Source: a virus
Lineage: Duplodnaviria > Caudoviricetes
DNA length: 64,000 nt
Virus record (IMG/VR): IMGVR_UViG_3300028888_000001
Direction: 5' to 3' (one strand)
Within the stretch, counting starts at the first letter, position 1, and each line of letters begins with the position of its first letter. This document shows positions 30,337 through 41,400 of this stretch, piece after piece. A model generated the notes under the pieces. It ran no database searches and was not told the DNA's origin. It worked only from the letters and a program-made list of their open reading frames with translations. Position numbers and translations under genes: made by a program.

Positions 30337-30346
30337 ATAATATATA
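30337..30346 (-). promoter_or_regulatory. Putative early promoter TATATATTAT
   Basis: Exact motif on the minus strand. Confidence 0.6.
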
Positions 30347-30402
30347 ATCATAAACTTAGTTATTTACATTTATTTATAATATCGTAAGACTTATTACCCG
30401 GA

Positions 30403-30414
30403 AACATTCTTATA
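30403..30414 (+). promoter_or_regulatory. Putative late promoter of the tail-fibre operon
   Basis: aaca-ttctta-taa. Confidence 0.7.
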
Positions 30415-30446
30415 ATTACAAAAAATACAGAAGGAGGATAAATTAT

Positions 30447-31025
30447 ATGAGCCTTCTATATAAGGATACCCCAGCTGGTTTTCATAGGGTACTCGATGGG
30501 CCATTAGATGATCATGAAATTTTTACTTCTAATGCCGCACTATTGGATTATTGTAAAAATGGCACTGCCTACCATGGGCAGCGTGTTTTATTAACTTATG
30601 AAGGATTATATGATCAACCATGTATCATTAAGAAGGGCCGTCAGTCAGATTATTTAGTACCAGTATTAGATCTACAATCTGGTATTGAACTAGTAACAAT
30701 GACTGAAGGAACAGATATCTATGGTCTTGTATGCTATTTCAATGATGGAAATATTTATACTGATGATAAAGACATTATGCTTAAGCTAGATGATATATAT
30801 TATTTCGCTATGCTGCCTCAAGCAGGATTATTAGCAAACTCAGATACCGAAATTACATATAAATTCCAAATTAAAAATAAACCAGATGAGCTATTAGTAA
30901 GCGGAAATGTATTTACTGGAAATGGTGTAGCAATAATGAATAAGATAAAAGAAAATCTTATTGCTAAAAACATACTTAAAGTATGGGTACGTTGTAACAA
31001 TTATTTTAATGCTACGGGGGTATAA
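30447..31025 (+). CDS. Probable tail-associated protein
   Basis: First gene of the late operon; GPLDD...AYHGQ pattern seen in fibre-associated proteins. Confidence 0.5.
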   Translation: MSLLYKDTPAGFHRVLDGPLDDHEIFTSNAALLDYCKNGTAYHGQRVLLTYEGLYDQPCIIKKGRQSDYLVPVLDLQSGIELVTMTEGTDIYGLVCYFNDGNIYTDDKDIMLKLDDIYYFAMLPQAGLLANSDTEITYKFQIKNKPDELLVSGNVFTGNGVAIMNKIKENLIAKNILKVWVRCNNYFNATGV

Positions 31026-31027
31026 AG

Positions 31028-31567
31028 ATGGCCGATTATAATTTGGGGCCTTATCGCCCCAGACCTATGGGTGAATTTGATGGCACCGTTAATTATAGAT
31101 ACTTAGACATAGTTAGATTTAACGGTGCCACATATATAAATATATTCCTAGATGATATAGATGGAACAGCATGTATTGGGATTCTTCCTACAGGACAAGA
31201 GAATTCTGAAGTGTATTGGATGTGTATAGCCGAGAAAGGCGATAAAGGTGACACTGGTGATGTGTACACCCCATACGTAGAAGTTAAAAACGGAGTATGG
31301 GACTTCTCTAAAGGTGATAAATGTTTTATTCCAGATAATTCTCCTGGGGGAGATGGAATTGTAATAGATAATGTATATGATGGTTGTTGTGGTATGATTA
31401 TAACTAAATATGATTTAGTTATACCAAACAATAGCCTTAAATCATTAGATTACAAATTCTGTGGTTTACGTAAACCAACAGATTATTATTTTTATACATT
31501 CACATATGCTAAGATGGGAGAAAACAATTTCTATATATGGCATAGGACGGTGATTACAAATGATTAA
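31028..31567 (+). CDS. Probable tail-associated protein
   Basis: GEFD..NYRYLDIVRFNGATY...W pattern and short collagen-like KGDKGDTG. Confidence 0.55.
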   Translation: MADYNLGPYRPRPMGEFDGTVNYRYLDIVRFNGATYINIFLDDIDGTACIGILPTGQENSEVYWMCIAEKGDKGDTGDVYTPYVEVKNGVWDFSKGDKCFIPDNSPGGDGIVIDNVYDGCCGMIITKYDLVIPNNSLKSLDYKFCGLRKPTDYYFYTFTYAKMGENNFYIWHRTVITND

Positions 31568-33254
31568 TGAACTATTTCAAGGGGTTCAAATGAATCATAA
31601 AAATAATCATACGCACACTACTCGTGAAGGCCATATGCTAGAAGAAGACTTTAAAATTCTTCCTATAGTAGAATATACCGGAAAGCCGACTTTCTTGAGA
31701 ATGCTTTCTCAGGGAATGTATAAGATCTATATAGATGAAGAATGGTATATATTTATGGTGCACGACATATTAGGCCCAGCAGATTTTATTAGAATAGATG
31801 ATCAATATAATGCTGTAGTTGTAAATAATATGGTTTCAAATCCGCTATATTTAAGAAAATTTAACAGTGGTTGTGATTTAAGAACCGATGGATTTTATTT
31901 ACAAAATACAGTTAACGATAGATTAGATATGCTAGTAATAGATGGGCTGACTAAATATGGGGACGATAAGTATATACGATTTGATACTCCTAGAAAAATA
32001 GAATTCACGTCTATGTATAATATCCAAGTTAAAGATAGCAAATCAAATAAAACAGAATTTGTGCTATCAACTAAGGCATATCTCAAAAGTATGGATGTTG
32101 GCTATGGCGGTATATACGATAGATTATATATCGAATCTGAAATTGGAAGGGCTTTATTCTTATTCCGTTTAGGTAGATTCATTTTCTCTGGTTATGAACC
32201 ATGGGCAAAAATAGACAAATACTGTGATCTATCGTATAATGTATTCTATTACCCCACAGGAGCAGTGAAATTAAATAGCAATATTCGCTGTACTCATTTA
32301 AAAGATTATACATTTAAAGAATTAATTTTGGATAAACTTCAAGCTGAAGGAATTTGTGCTGGTGGATTAGAAGATGAGCAAGGTTTATTTATTAAACTAA
32401 GAGCATCAGATTATCCAGATTATGAATCGTTAAAGCAAGAACTTCATAAATGGTTTACATTATCTCCAGAAGAAGCGGAGCAATTAAACCTAGATATGTT
32501 TGACGTTAGAAATAAATCTGGAATGTTTGAATCTATCGAGCAATATAGAAAAGTTTATCCAGTTGTATCCGATCCATTTACTGTAGTTTATGAATTAACA
32601 AATACTGAATATAGAGAATTAGCATTAGAAAATTATACAATCCCGACATTTTTTAACTCTATGCATCTACTAATAAATCCGTTTGAACCTGTGCCGTTTA
32701 TAAGATCTACTTTAGGAAATCTTATAGCTATAATCCCAAAAGATAATATTATCAAAACTATGAAAGAGCAGCTTCAGGAAAACAATGAAGAAATTATAGC
32801 TAATAATATTATATGGGAATTATTACTAAGCACCGGTGAGTATAGTGGGCATAAAAGAGTTGATTTTACTCCTGACGAATTAGTTGGTGTAGCGCCACTA
32901 AATTGGGATACAGCACATGCTATAAAAAGCAGCATATTACAAGAGCTAGAGTCTGGTAATGCTGATAAATATGATGATATTCTTAGGGAGAATAAAATTA
33001 TTAGAAATATATTCGCATGGGCTCTTGAGGGTGATGATCCAATGTATGATATTAATCACCCTACATTTGTAGCTGTAGTTCCAAAAGATAGGAGTAAAAA
33101 TTTACAGTCGGTTGAAACTCAATATCAGCAAACTAAGATAAATAACATGTACACGTATATACGAGCGTCTCATGATATTATAAGCAACTTAACCGTATCG
33201 GCTGCTTATAAGATTAAAGCATCGTATTTTTATAAACACCTTAGAATAAACTAG
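31560..33254 (+). CDS. Probable tail structural protein
   Basis: In the late operon; VVYELT..EY motif common in tail proteins. Confidence 0.5.
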   Translation: MINELFQGVQMNHKNNHTHTTREGHMLEEDFKILPIVEYTGKPTFLRMLSQGMYKIYIDEEWYIFMVHDILGPADFIRIDDQYNAVVVNNMVSNPLYLRKFNSGCDLRTDGFYLQNTVNDRLDMLVIDGLTKYGDDKYIRFDTPRKIEFTSMYNIQVKDSKSNKTEFVLSTKAYLKSMDVGYGGIYDRLYIESEIGRALFLFRLGRFIFSGYEPWAKIDKYCDLSYNVFYYPTGAVKLNSNIRCTHLKDYTFKELILDKLQAEGICAGGLEDEQGLFIKLRASDYPDYESLKQELHKWFTLSPEEAEQLNLDMFDVRNKSGMFESIEQYRKVYPVVSDPFTVVYELTNTEYRELALENYTIPTFFNSMHLLINPFEPVPFIRSTLGNLIAIIPKDNIIKTMKEQLQENNEEIIANNIIWELLLSTGEYSGHKRVDFTPDELVGVAPLNWDTAHAIKSSILQELESGNADKYDDILRENKIIRNIFAWALEGDDPMYDINHPTFVAVVPKDRSKNLQSVETQYQQTKINNMYTYIRASHDIISNLTVSAAYKIKASYFYKHLRIN

Positions 33255-33276
33255 AGTATTGGAGGTGGGTTATTGA

Positions 33277-36200
33277 ATGGCTCAGTTAAAAGATACATAC
33301 GTTCATGGAGATATGAACGTAGATGGCAGCTTAACCATAACCGAGAACAAGAGAAATCTAGCTCTAATAGAAGGTGATAATTTTATCATTGGAGATGAAG
33401 AGCTAAATACTATAATTAGAGGCGTTAATACTACAATAGACTCATCTGGTGATTATGATATAAATGCCGATGGTCAAGTAAATATAAATTCTAATAACGA
33501 TGGCATTAATTTAAATGCCGATAAAGATATAAATTTAAACGCTGGTGAGAATATATCTCAAAAAGCAGAGACTGGATCTTATTCTATAGAAGCAGATAAA
33601 CAGATTTCTGCTAAATCTAATTCAGAAGGCCTTGATATTGAAGTTGAAAAAGATATAGATATTAAATCCAATAATGGTCATCTAAAAACAGAAGTTAAAG
33701 ATGATATAACGTTTGATTCTTCTGATGGTGGATATGAATTAAATGTAAAAAATGATATAAAAGAAAAATCCAGCGCAGGCAGTAAAACGACAAATGTTTA
33801 TGGTAATATTACAGAGACTACAGAATCTGGAGCAAAAACTTCAAATATCCAAGGTGATATTACAGAGATCTCTAAAAATGGTGGAAAAACTACCACAGTA
33901 AAAAATAATATTACTGAAACATCTGAGTCTGGTGGTAAATCTACTACAGTTAAAGGGAATATTTCCGAAACATCTGAGTCTGGTGGTAAATCCACTACAG
34001 TAGAAGATGACATTTCTGAAGTATCAAAAGCTGGAGGAAAAATCACTCATGTAGATGATAATATAGATATTACATCTGATCATGGTGGTTACTCAGTAGG
34101 CGTTCAGAATGATATAAATTTTACTTCATCAAGTGGTGGATGGAATCAGCATGTTGATGATAATATCTCTGAAACGTCTGATAGTGGATCTAAAACCACT
34201 ACAGTAAATGGGGCTATTACAGAAGTCTCCTCTACAGGAGGTAGATCATTTACTGGAGCTGGAGATATTACAGAGTATACTAGCAATGGTGGACGCTCAT
34301 TTAGTGGTACTGGTGATATAGTTGAGGTAACTACAAATGGCGGGCGCTCATTTGAAGGCAAAGGTGATATCACAGAAATTACAAGTGATGGACATAAGCT
34401 TACAAAAACAGGCAAATCTATCACTGAAATTGCTGATGGTAGAGCAATAACTAATGAAAAACTGCAAGAATATATCAATAATGGCGGTAGAACTTTCTAT
34501 GGTAAAGGTCAGATAACAGAAGACGTTACCGATGGTGGTAGATCTTTTAGAGGTAAAGAAGACATAACAGAATATACCTCTAATGGTGGTCGCTCATTTG
34601 AAGGTGATAAAGACATATCTGAGATCAGCCATAATGGTGGAAAATCTACTAGTGTAAAAAATAATATTACACAGTCTTCAAGCTCCGGATATAAATATGA
34701 TAATATTAATAAAGGGATCGTTGAAGTAGCTGACGGTGTATCTGTAACTGAAGAAGATCTTGAAAAATATCAAGCGTCTGGTAGAACTTTCGTTGGTACT
34801 GGAGATATCACAGAAATTTCTAGAGGAGCTAAAACCACTAAAATTAAAAATGATATCACAGAAGAAACCACTGAAGGCGGAAGATTCTTTAGCGGAGCAG
34901 GCGATATAGAAGAGACTACTTCTGGTGGTCATAAGCATACCAATGTAAAACAAGAGATTGAAGAAATATCTTCAGATGGATATAAATATACTCAAGTAGA
35001 TGGATCTATTACAGAGATATCTGGTAAACGTATAGTTGATTTATCCGAAGAAGATATTAAAAATATAATCGAAAATAACGGTAGAACTTTCTATGGTGAT
35101 GGTGACATCGTAGAAGATCTTAAAACTGGTGGAAGACATTTCACTGGCACAGAAGATATCACAGAAAAAACTACAAATGGTGGACGCTCATTTGAAGGTA
35201 AAGGTGATATAGTAGAATCAGTCACAGAAGGTGGAAGATTCTTTACTGGCGCTGGTGATATAGAAGAGCGTACATCTGGTGGACATAAACTGGGTATCTA
35301 TAATAAGTCTGTTACAGAGATTGCGGATGGTGTTAACTTATCAGACGAAGAATTAGAATCTTATATCGATAATGGTGGTAGAACTTTCGTAGGTAAGGGT
35401 GATCTTACAGAGATATCTTCTAATGGTCATAAGCTTGTAAAGACTGGTAAGTCTATCACAGAGATCGCAGATGGTGTAACCATTGAAGATCAAGAGCTAC
35501 AAAATTATATCAATAACGGCGGTAGAACTTTTGTAGGTAAGGGCGATCTTACAGAGATATCTTCTAACGGAAGTAAACTAACACGCGTTAAGGGCGATAT
35601 TTCTGAATATTCTTCCGATGGTAGTAGATACTATGAAGGTAAAGGTGATATTACCGAGATAGGTCACACTGGAAGTAAGTATACAGAACTCGGTGGCTCA
35701 ATAACAGAAATTGCAGACGGTAGGATAGATGGCTTAACTCAAGAAGAGGTAGAGGCTTTAAAAGCTAAAGGTGGTAGAATCTTCTTAGGTAAGGGTGATA
35801 TAGAAGAGCATTCCACTCAAGGCCATAAGCTAACAATTTTAGGTAAATCTATCACAGAGATTGCAGATGGCGTTTCTATCTCAGATGAGCAATTAGAAGA
35901 ATACATCAATAATGGCGGTAGAACTTTCATTGGCAATGGCAATTTAACAGAGGTTTCTATAGATGGTGGTAAAACCACTGAAGTTAAAAATGATATTAAA
36001 GAGACTTCAAGCACTGGATATAAACTTACAAAAACAGGTAAGTCTATTACAGAAGTTGCTGATGGATATAATATTACAGATCAAGAGCTTCAAGAATATA
36101 TTAATGATGGCGGTAGAACTTTCTTAGGTAATGGAGATATTACTGAAGTAAGTGCAAACGGAAATAAGCTTACTGAAATAAATAAAGATATTACTGAAAT

Positions 36201-38340
36201 TTCAAATACTGGAAATAAATCTACCATAATTCATGGTAATATTGAAGAAGAAGCTGAGACTGGATATAAGCATATTAAAACTAATAAAGAAATCACAGAG
36301 GTAATTAAGAACGGCAATAGAGAAACTCATATTACTAAAGGTGATATTCTAGAAACAACAGATGATGGCGGTAGATCTTTTAGAGGTACTGGAAATATCA
36401 TCGAAGTTGGCACTGGTGGATATAAATACACAGAGTTAGGTAAGTCTATTGTTGAAATTGCTAGTAATAGAAGACGTGAAATTCTAGAAGATAGCGATAT
36501 TCAAAGCATGATAGACAATAATGCTAGAACATTTTACGGTACAGGTGATATCATAGAGAATGTCACTAATGGTGGTCGTGCATTCGTTGGTTCTGGCAAT
36601 ATCATTGAAGAAACATCTGGCGGCTATAGAGGATATAACATTGGTAAAAACTATTGTATATTCGCATCTGGTAGGAAACGTGAATTTACAGATGCAGAAG
36701 TGGATGCAATGATTGCCAGGAATGCTTATACTTTCTATGGTACTGGTGATATTATAGAAAATGTAAAGAGTGGTGGTAGAACTTTTAGTGGTACTGGTGA
36801 TATCTTATGGGAGACCACTGGTGGCGGTATTGGATATTCTGTTGCTAATAATATAGTAGAAGAATCGACCGCTGGGTATAAAATTACTAAAACAGCTAAG
36901 TCTATCACTGAAATTGCTAATGGACGCAATCCATCTGAGGCTGATCTTAATAATTATATTGCTGGTGGTGGTAGAACTTTCTTAGGCACTGGTAATATTA
37001 TTGAAGATACAACTAATGGTTATAAAGCTACTTCAGTTAGAGGTGATATAACAGAAACATCTTTAGGTGGTGGTAGAAGATTTACCGGTGTAACTGGCAT
37101 ATATGAAGAAGTTACTAATGGCGGTAGAGAATTCTATGGTACCGGTGATATTATAGAAAATACTACTAATGGTAATAAATCTGTATATGTCGGTAAAAAC
37201 TTCACTGAAGACGTTGTAGGTAATAAGACTCTTAATATCACTGGAAATGTTGCTGAAACTATTGGTGGATATAAAAATGTCCGCGTTGAAGGAGATATTT
37301 ATACATATAATAGATCTGGTAAATATGATCTAGATGTATATGGTAACATATATGAGCGCTCTAGAGTTGGCGCTAGAACAGTAGATGTTGCTGGAGCTAT
37401 AACTGAGACTTCTAGCGGTGGTGGTAGAAGTTTCAGTGGCGCTGGACCAATAAGTGAGATAACAACAAATGGTGGCCGCTACTTTGAAGGTACTGGTAAT
37501 ATTGTAGAAATTACCACTGGTGGTGGAAGATCGTTTAACGGCGCTGGTAATATTGTTGAAGTAACTAGCAACGGTGGTAGATCATTTAGTGGCACTGGTA
37601 ATATTACTGAAACTACAAGTGGCGGTGGAAAAACTACAGACGTTACCGGAAATATTATAGAAATCACTTCAGGTGGTGGCAGAACGTTTAACGGTGCTGG
37701 TAATATCGTTGAAATAACAACCAACGGTGGCAGACGTTTTGAAGGTACTGGTAATATCGTAGAAATCACTGGTGGTGGAAGATCATTTACTGGTGGTGGA
37801 GCTATCACTGAAACTACTACAAGTGGAGGTAGATCATTTACTGGTACTGGAGATATAAAAGAAATCACTTCTGGTGGTAGTAAATCTGTATATGTAAGAG
37901 ACGATATATCATTTACATCTACTAATGGAAAATATACTCTTGGCGTTAGAGGAGACATTGCTGTAGAAAGCACCACTGGACGATTTGGATTGGATGTATA
38001 CGGAGATATAGAAGAATCTAGCTCAAGGGGTGGTAAAACACTTACTATAGTAAATGATCTTAATGTATCCTCTAGTAATGGTGCACTAAATCTTGCCGTA
38101 ACTAATGGAATTAGTGCAACAACTAACACTGGAGCTGTATTAATTAGAGGCGTTTCTTCAGCAACTCTCCAGGCTAATAATGGTCCAGTACATCTTAGAG
38201 GTGCAGAAGAAATCGGATTATTTGGTCAAAGACTCGTATTACAAAACTCAAGATATATCTATGGAACAGCAGACCCTGATGAATTATCCACTTGGACTTC
38301 AATTCAAGAGGGCACTGTATACTTTAAGCTTTTAGATTGA
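33277..38340 (+). CDS. Giant beta-solenoid fibre/spike with 17-aa repeats (T4 gp5C/VgrG-like)
   Basis: Dozens of GG(R/K)x(F/T)xGxG(D/N)IxExTx units; C-terminal YGTADP...EGTVYFKL fibre motif. Confidence 0.7.
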   Translation: MAQLKDTYVHGDMNVDGSLTITENKRNLALIEGDNFIIGDEELNTIIRGVNTTIDSSGDYDINADGQVNINSNNDGINLNADKDINLNAGENISQKAETGSYSIEADKQISAKSNSEGLDIEVEKDIDIKSNNGHLKTEVKDDITFDSSDGGYELNVKNDIKEKSSAGSKTTNVYGNITETTESGAKTSNIQGDITEISKNGGKTTTVKNNITETSESGGKSTTVKGNISETSESGGKSTTVEDDISEVSKAGGKITHVDDNIDITSDHGGYSVGVQNDINFTSSSGGWNQHVDDNISETSDSGSKTTTVNGAITEVSSTGGRSFTGAGDITEYTSNGGRSFSGTGDIVEVTTNGGRSFEGKGDITEITSDGHKLTKTGKSITEIADGRAITNEKLQEYINNGGRTFYGKGQITEDVTDGGRSFRGKEDITEYTSNGGRSFEGDKDISEISHNGGKSTSVKNNITQSSSSGYKYDNINKGIVEVADGVSVTEEDLEKYQASGRTFVGTGDITEISRGAKTTKIKNDITEETTEGGRFFSGAGDIEETTSGGHKHTNVKQEIEEISSDGYKYTQVDGSITEISGKRIVDLSEEDIKNIIENNGRTFYGDGDIVEDLKTGGRHFTGTEDITEKTTNGGRSFEGKGDIVESVTEGGRFFTGAGDIEERTSGGHKLGIYNKSVTEIADGVNLSDEELESYIDNGGRTFVGKGDLTEISSNGHKLVKTGKSITEIADGVTIEDQELQNYINNGGRTFVGKGDLTEISSNGSKLTRVKGDISEYSSDGSRYYEGKGDITEIGHTGSKYTELGGSITEIADGRIDGLTQEEVEALKAKGGRIFLGKGDIEEHSTQGHKLTILGKSITEIADGVSISDEQLEEYINNGGRTFIGNGNLTEVSIDGGKTTEVKNDIKETSSTGYKLTKTGKSITEVADGYNITDQELQEYINDGGRTFLGNGDITEVSANGNKLTEINKDITEISNTGNKSTIIHGNIEEEAETGYKHIKTNKEITEVIKNGNRETHITKGDILETTDDGGRSFRGTGNIIEVGTGGYKYTELGKSIVEIASNRRREILEDSDIQSMIDNNARTFYGTGDIIENVTNGGRAFVGSGNIIEETSGGYRGYNIGKNYCIFASGRKREFTDAEVDAMIARNAYTFYGTGDIIENVKSGGRTFSGTGDILWETTGGGIGYSVANNIVEESTAGYKITKTAKSITEIANGRNPSEADLNNYIAGGGRTFLGTGNIIEDTTNGYKATSVRGDITETSLGGGRRFTGVTGIYEEVTNGGREFYGTGDIIENTTNGNKSVYVGKNFTEDVVGNKTLNITGNVAETIGGYKNVRVEGDIYTYNRSGKYDLDVYGNIYERSRVGARTVDVAGAITETSSGGGRSFSGAGPISEITTNGGRYFEGTGNIVEITTGGGRSFNGAGNIVEVTSNGGRSFSGTGNITETTSGGGKTTDVTGNIIEITSGGGRTFNGAGNIVEITTNGGRRFEGTGNIVEITGGGRSFTGGGAITETTTSGGRSFTGTGDIKEITSGGSKSVYVRDDISFTSTNGKYTLGVRGDIAVESTTGRFGLDVYGDIEESSSRGGKTLTIVNDLNVSSSNGALNLAVTNGISATTNTGAVLIRGVSSATLQANNGPVHLRGAEEIGLFGQRLVLQNSRYIYGTADPDELSTWTSIQEGTVYFKLLD
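33760..37900 (+). repeat. Degenerate 51-nt coding tandem repeat
   Basis: Recurrent ggtggtaga(ac/tc)(t/a)tt...ggt(g/a)atat..ac(a/t)ga; boundaries approximate. Confidence 0.8.
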
Positions 38341-38361
38341 TATGTACATTATCTATAAATA

Positions 38362-38391
38362 TTTCAGGCAAGATTAATTTCTTGCCTGAAA
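38362..38391 (+). terminator. Hairpin (terminator or processing site) inside the late operon
   Basis: tttcaggcaag-N8-cttgcctgaaa. Confidence 0.5.
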
Positions 38392-38419
38392 AATTTTGCT
38401 TTAAGGAGGTAATGTATTA

Positions 38420-41400
38420 ATGGCAAATAAATGGCAGCGAGAGCTAAAAAATGCTCTTATTATACATATCGTGCCAAATTTTAATGTATATGGAACCATA
38501 AACTTTGATACAAGAAAAATGAATATCTATATCAAAGTCACTTCTAATACAGATACTGAATATTCGCATGGCGTTTGGTATGACTACAACATGTTTATTC
38601 TATGGACTAAAAACGACTATGCCTGGCATGGTATGAGTCCTAGTGCTAAAGAAGAATTATTGCATATAATGCCTGCTGGCTACATGGGAGGAGAAGAAAT
38701 ATCTGTTTCTGGTGATGGTTTCACTTCAGGAAGCGGTTATAATCTTCAACATACTTGGCCTTCATCATTTGGTTCATATTCAGCAAGTGATAAATATTAT
38801 TTATGTATGCTATGTCAAGTTCACCCAGATGCTTATGCAAGAGGTGACACTACAGATAAATACTGTGATATAACAACAAGTGAAAATATTAAAGTTGGTT
38901 CTTATACTTATATAAATAATACTGGCTACTTAACAGGATCAAAAAATCCTGGTGGTTCAGCAGTCACAAAGAATGGAAAATGGGACGCTGATAGAATGTG
39001 GGTAAAACCAGGCTCATTTTCATGGATAAATAGTGGCAATGACGATGAATATTATTCAACAGCAAAATTTACAGCCGTTTCATTCCCAATCGCTCCAGAC
39101 ACTGATACTCGTAATGGCGGTAGACTGCTATTGGAAGCTCATGAGAGAAACGCTGCTTATACAAAACTAACAGCAACAGCAACTTACATTCCAGCTGCAA
39201 CCAAACCAGCTATAACATTCTTTGGAGTAGACGATCCAAATGATGCTGGTGTTAATACACGTTGTATAAAAATAGTATTATTCAAATATACAAACGATGC
39301 TCATACAACATGGGAAGTTATAGAAACTAGATACCCAATGGCAACAAAAGATGGAGATAATTTTGTTGCAGCATATAACTTTACTGTAGAAGACACTAGT
39401 GATTATTTTGTAGAGGCATTCATAATAGAAGATTTGGGTTCAGAACTTAATGACTTAGATGCTACAGATTTTTCTGACGGTAAGGAAGAAATTCAATACG
39501 TAGCTGGTAAAATTACAGTAAGTGCTACACGTACAGCTACTACAGTTACAGCTCGTGGTAAATATACTGTAGGAACTGCTACAGGAAAGCAAGGTGCAAC
39601 TAGATATTGGGGAACAAAAACTACAGGTGGTACAACTACTTCTAATAGAAGTAAAGTATTACTAGCATTACTTCGAGGTACAACAGAATTAGAAACTGCA
39701 GTTGTAGCTAATAATACAGACTTTACATTTAATACTGCTGTGGTTAGTGATGTAGAATATACTGTAAAAGCATATGCTGTAGAGCTACTAGATGTCAAAA
39801 AGACAGTAGGACCAGCATCTAAAACAGTTGCAGCTCTAGGATCTATAGGTTCAGTAACAGCTACTATTGTGAATAGAACGGATACTACAATTACTTTAAA
39901 AGCTACATATAGCGGTAGCACCCCATATTATGCAACCCTTAATATGACAGATAAGGGAAAATTATATTATTTCTTACGTTTATATAATGAATCAACTACA
40001 GCTGATTCTGATATAAATGAGCACGATAGACAATATGTAGACAAATACGGTACATACGTTCAACGTAAGAAAATAACAATGGGCGAAGAATGGGTAGTCA
40101 CTGGTATAGATAAATATACAGCTTATGCATTTACTGCGTATGCTTTTTATTTTCCAGATGGCCAATTGTCGTCAATGCAACGAGCGCATGATACTGTAGC
40201 CGATATGGGATCTGAATCTTCTGTTGATCCAACAGATATGAATGCTAAAATAACTGGCACTACTATTACATTAACGCCAGTATTTACATCTGCTGGAGAT
40301 AGAACAGTTGATAGCATAGAATGGACGGCTAAATTAGGTAGAGTTACTCAATCTGGCACGTCAACAAAAAATGCTAGTGGAGAATGGGAAAGCGATCCAG
40401 CTAAATTTGCATTATTAGCAAATGCTACAACGTATACTATTGTTTTTCATGGTCTATTTAGCGGAGCAGCTTCACCAACTCCAGATGCTGGTGATGGAGA
40501 AAGTGATGGTACATTAGATACATCTGCTGGATACATTGATCTTTTAAACTCTGATGTGTACTATGACGCTATGACATATGGTGTTACGGTTCTAGAAGCA
40601 TCAAAAACTAGAACTACGTTCACTGGCATAGCATATCAAACTATAGGAGCTCATGGTGAAACTAATCATGCTATGACAGAGTGCGGTAAGAAAAAATATG
40701 CTGGATTCTGCAGACGAAGAGATGGCTCTAGTGTAGCCTCTACAAATGTTGGCTATGTATCATTTAATAATGGTACAACTACAGTATCTACTGATGTTAT
40801 CGGTCAATCAGCAGGTTCAGCAAATTTCACGGGCTCTGAAGTTACAATAACTGGCTTATTACCTAGCACTGGTTATAGATTATATGTATATCTTAAAGGC
40901 TGTAAAGACTTTGAGGGTCAATACGATGCTGTTGGTTATATAGACTTCACGACAGAAGCAGTCGCTATCCCAGGATTGTTTCAAGCTAGAGTAACTGGAA
41001 CATCAATATCTGTTACGCCTAATATAATTAGATGGAATAACTCATCTGATTTATCTTGCATGATGTATTTTAATACAGTTGCTGGCGTTGATGAAAATGG
41101 TAAAGCAATACCTGGATCAATGGTAGAAATGGGCTATGTGACTATATCTCCAACTAATTTGATGAGGGGTATATGTTATGGTCTAGATACTGGAACTAAA
41201 TATCTTGTTACTTTCTATTGTACTGATGACGAAGATAATGAAATAGAAATAGAGCCAATTGAGGTTGTCACGTATGGACTAACTATAGAAACTGGAGTGC
41301 CTCATACTAGATATTGTTCTGATTGTAAGATAACGTATGTTGAGGGTGAAAGAATGTCTAATACTCCTCAAGATACCACCAGAGGCGCAGCGGTTAGATG

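Noticed and set aside
33760-37900. CRISPR array or non-coding repeat
   Set aside because: The repeats are degenerate, in frame and vary at synonymous positions, so they are protein repeats.
37479-38129. Antisense and nested ORFs in the track (e.g. 37479..38129, 53975..54499, 39493..39921, 47938..48249)
   Set aside because: They are shadows of real genes on the opposite strand, with no RBS or recognisable motifs.
38345-38357. Late promoter upstream of the FN3 gene
   Set aside because: Spacing is TACA-N7-TAA, one base off the consensus; not counted.
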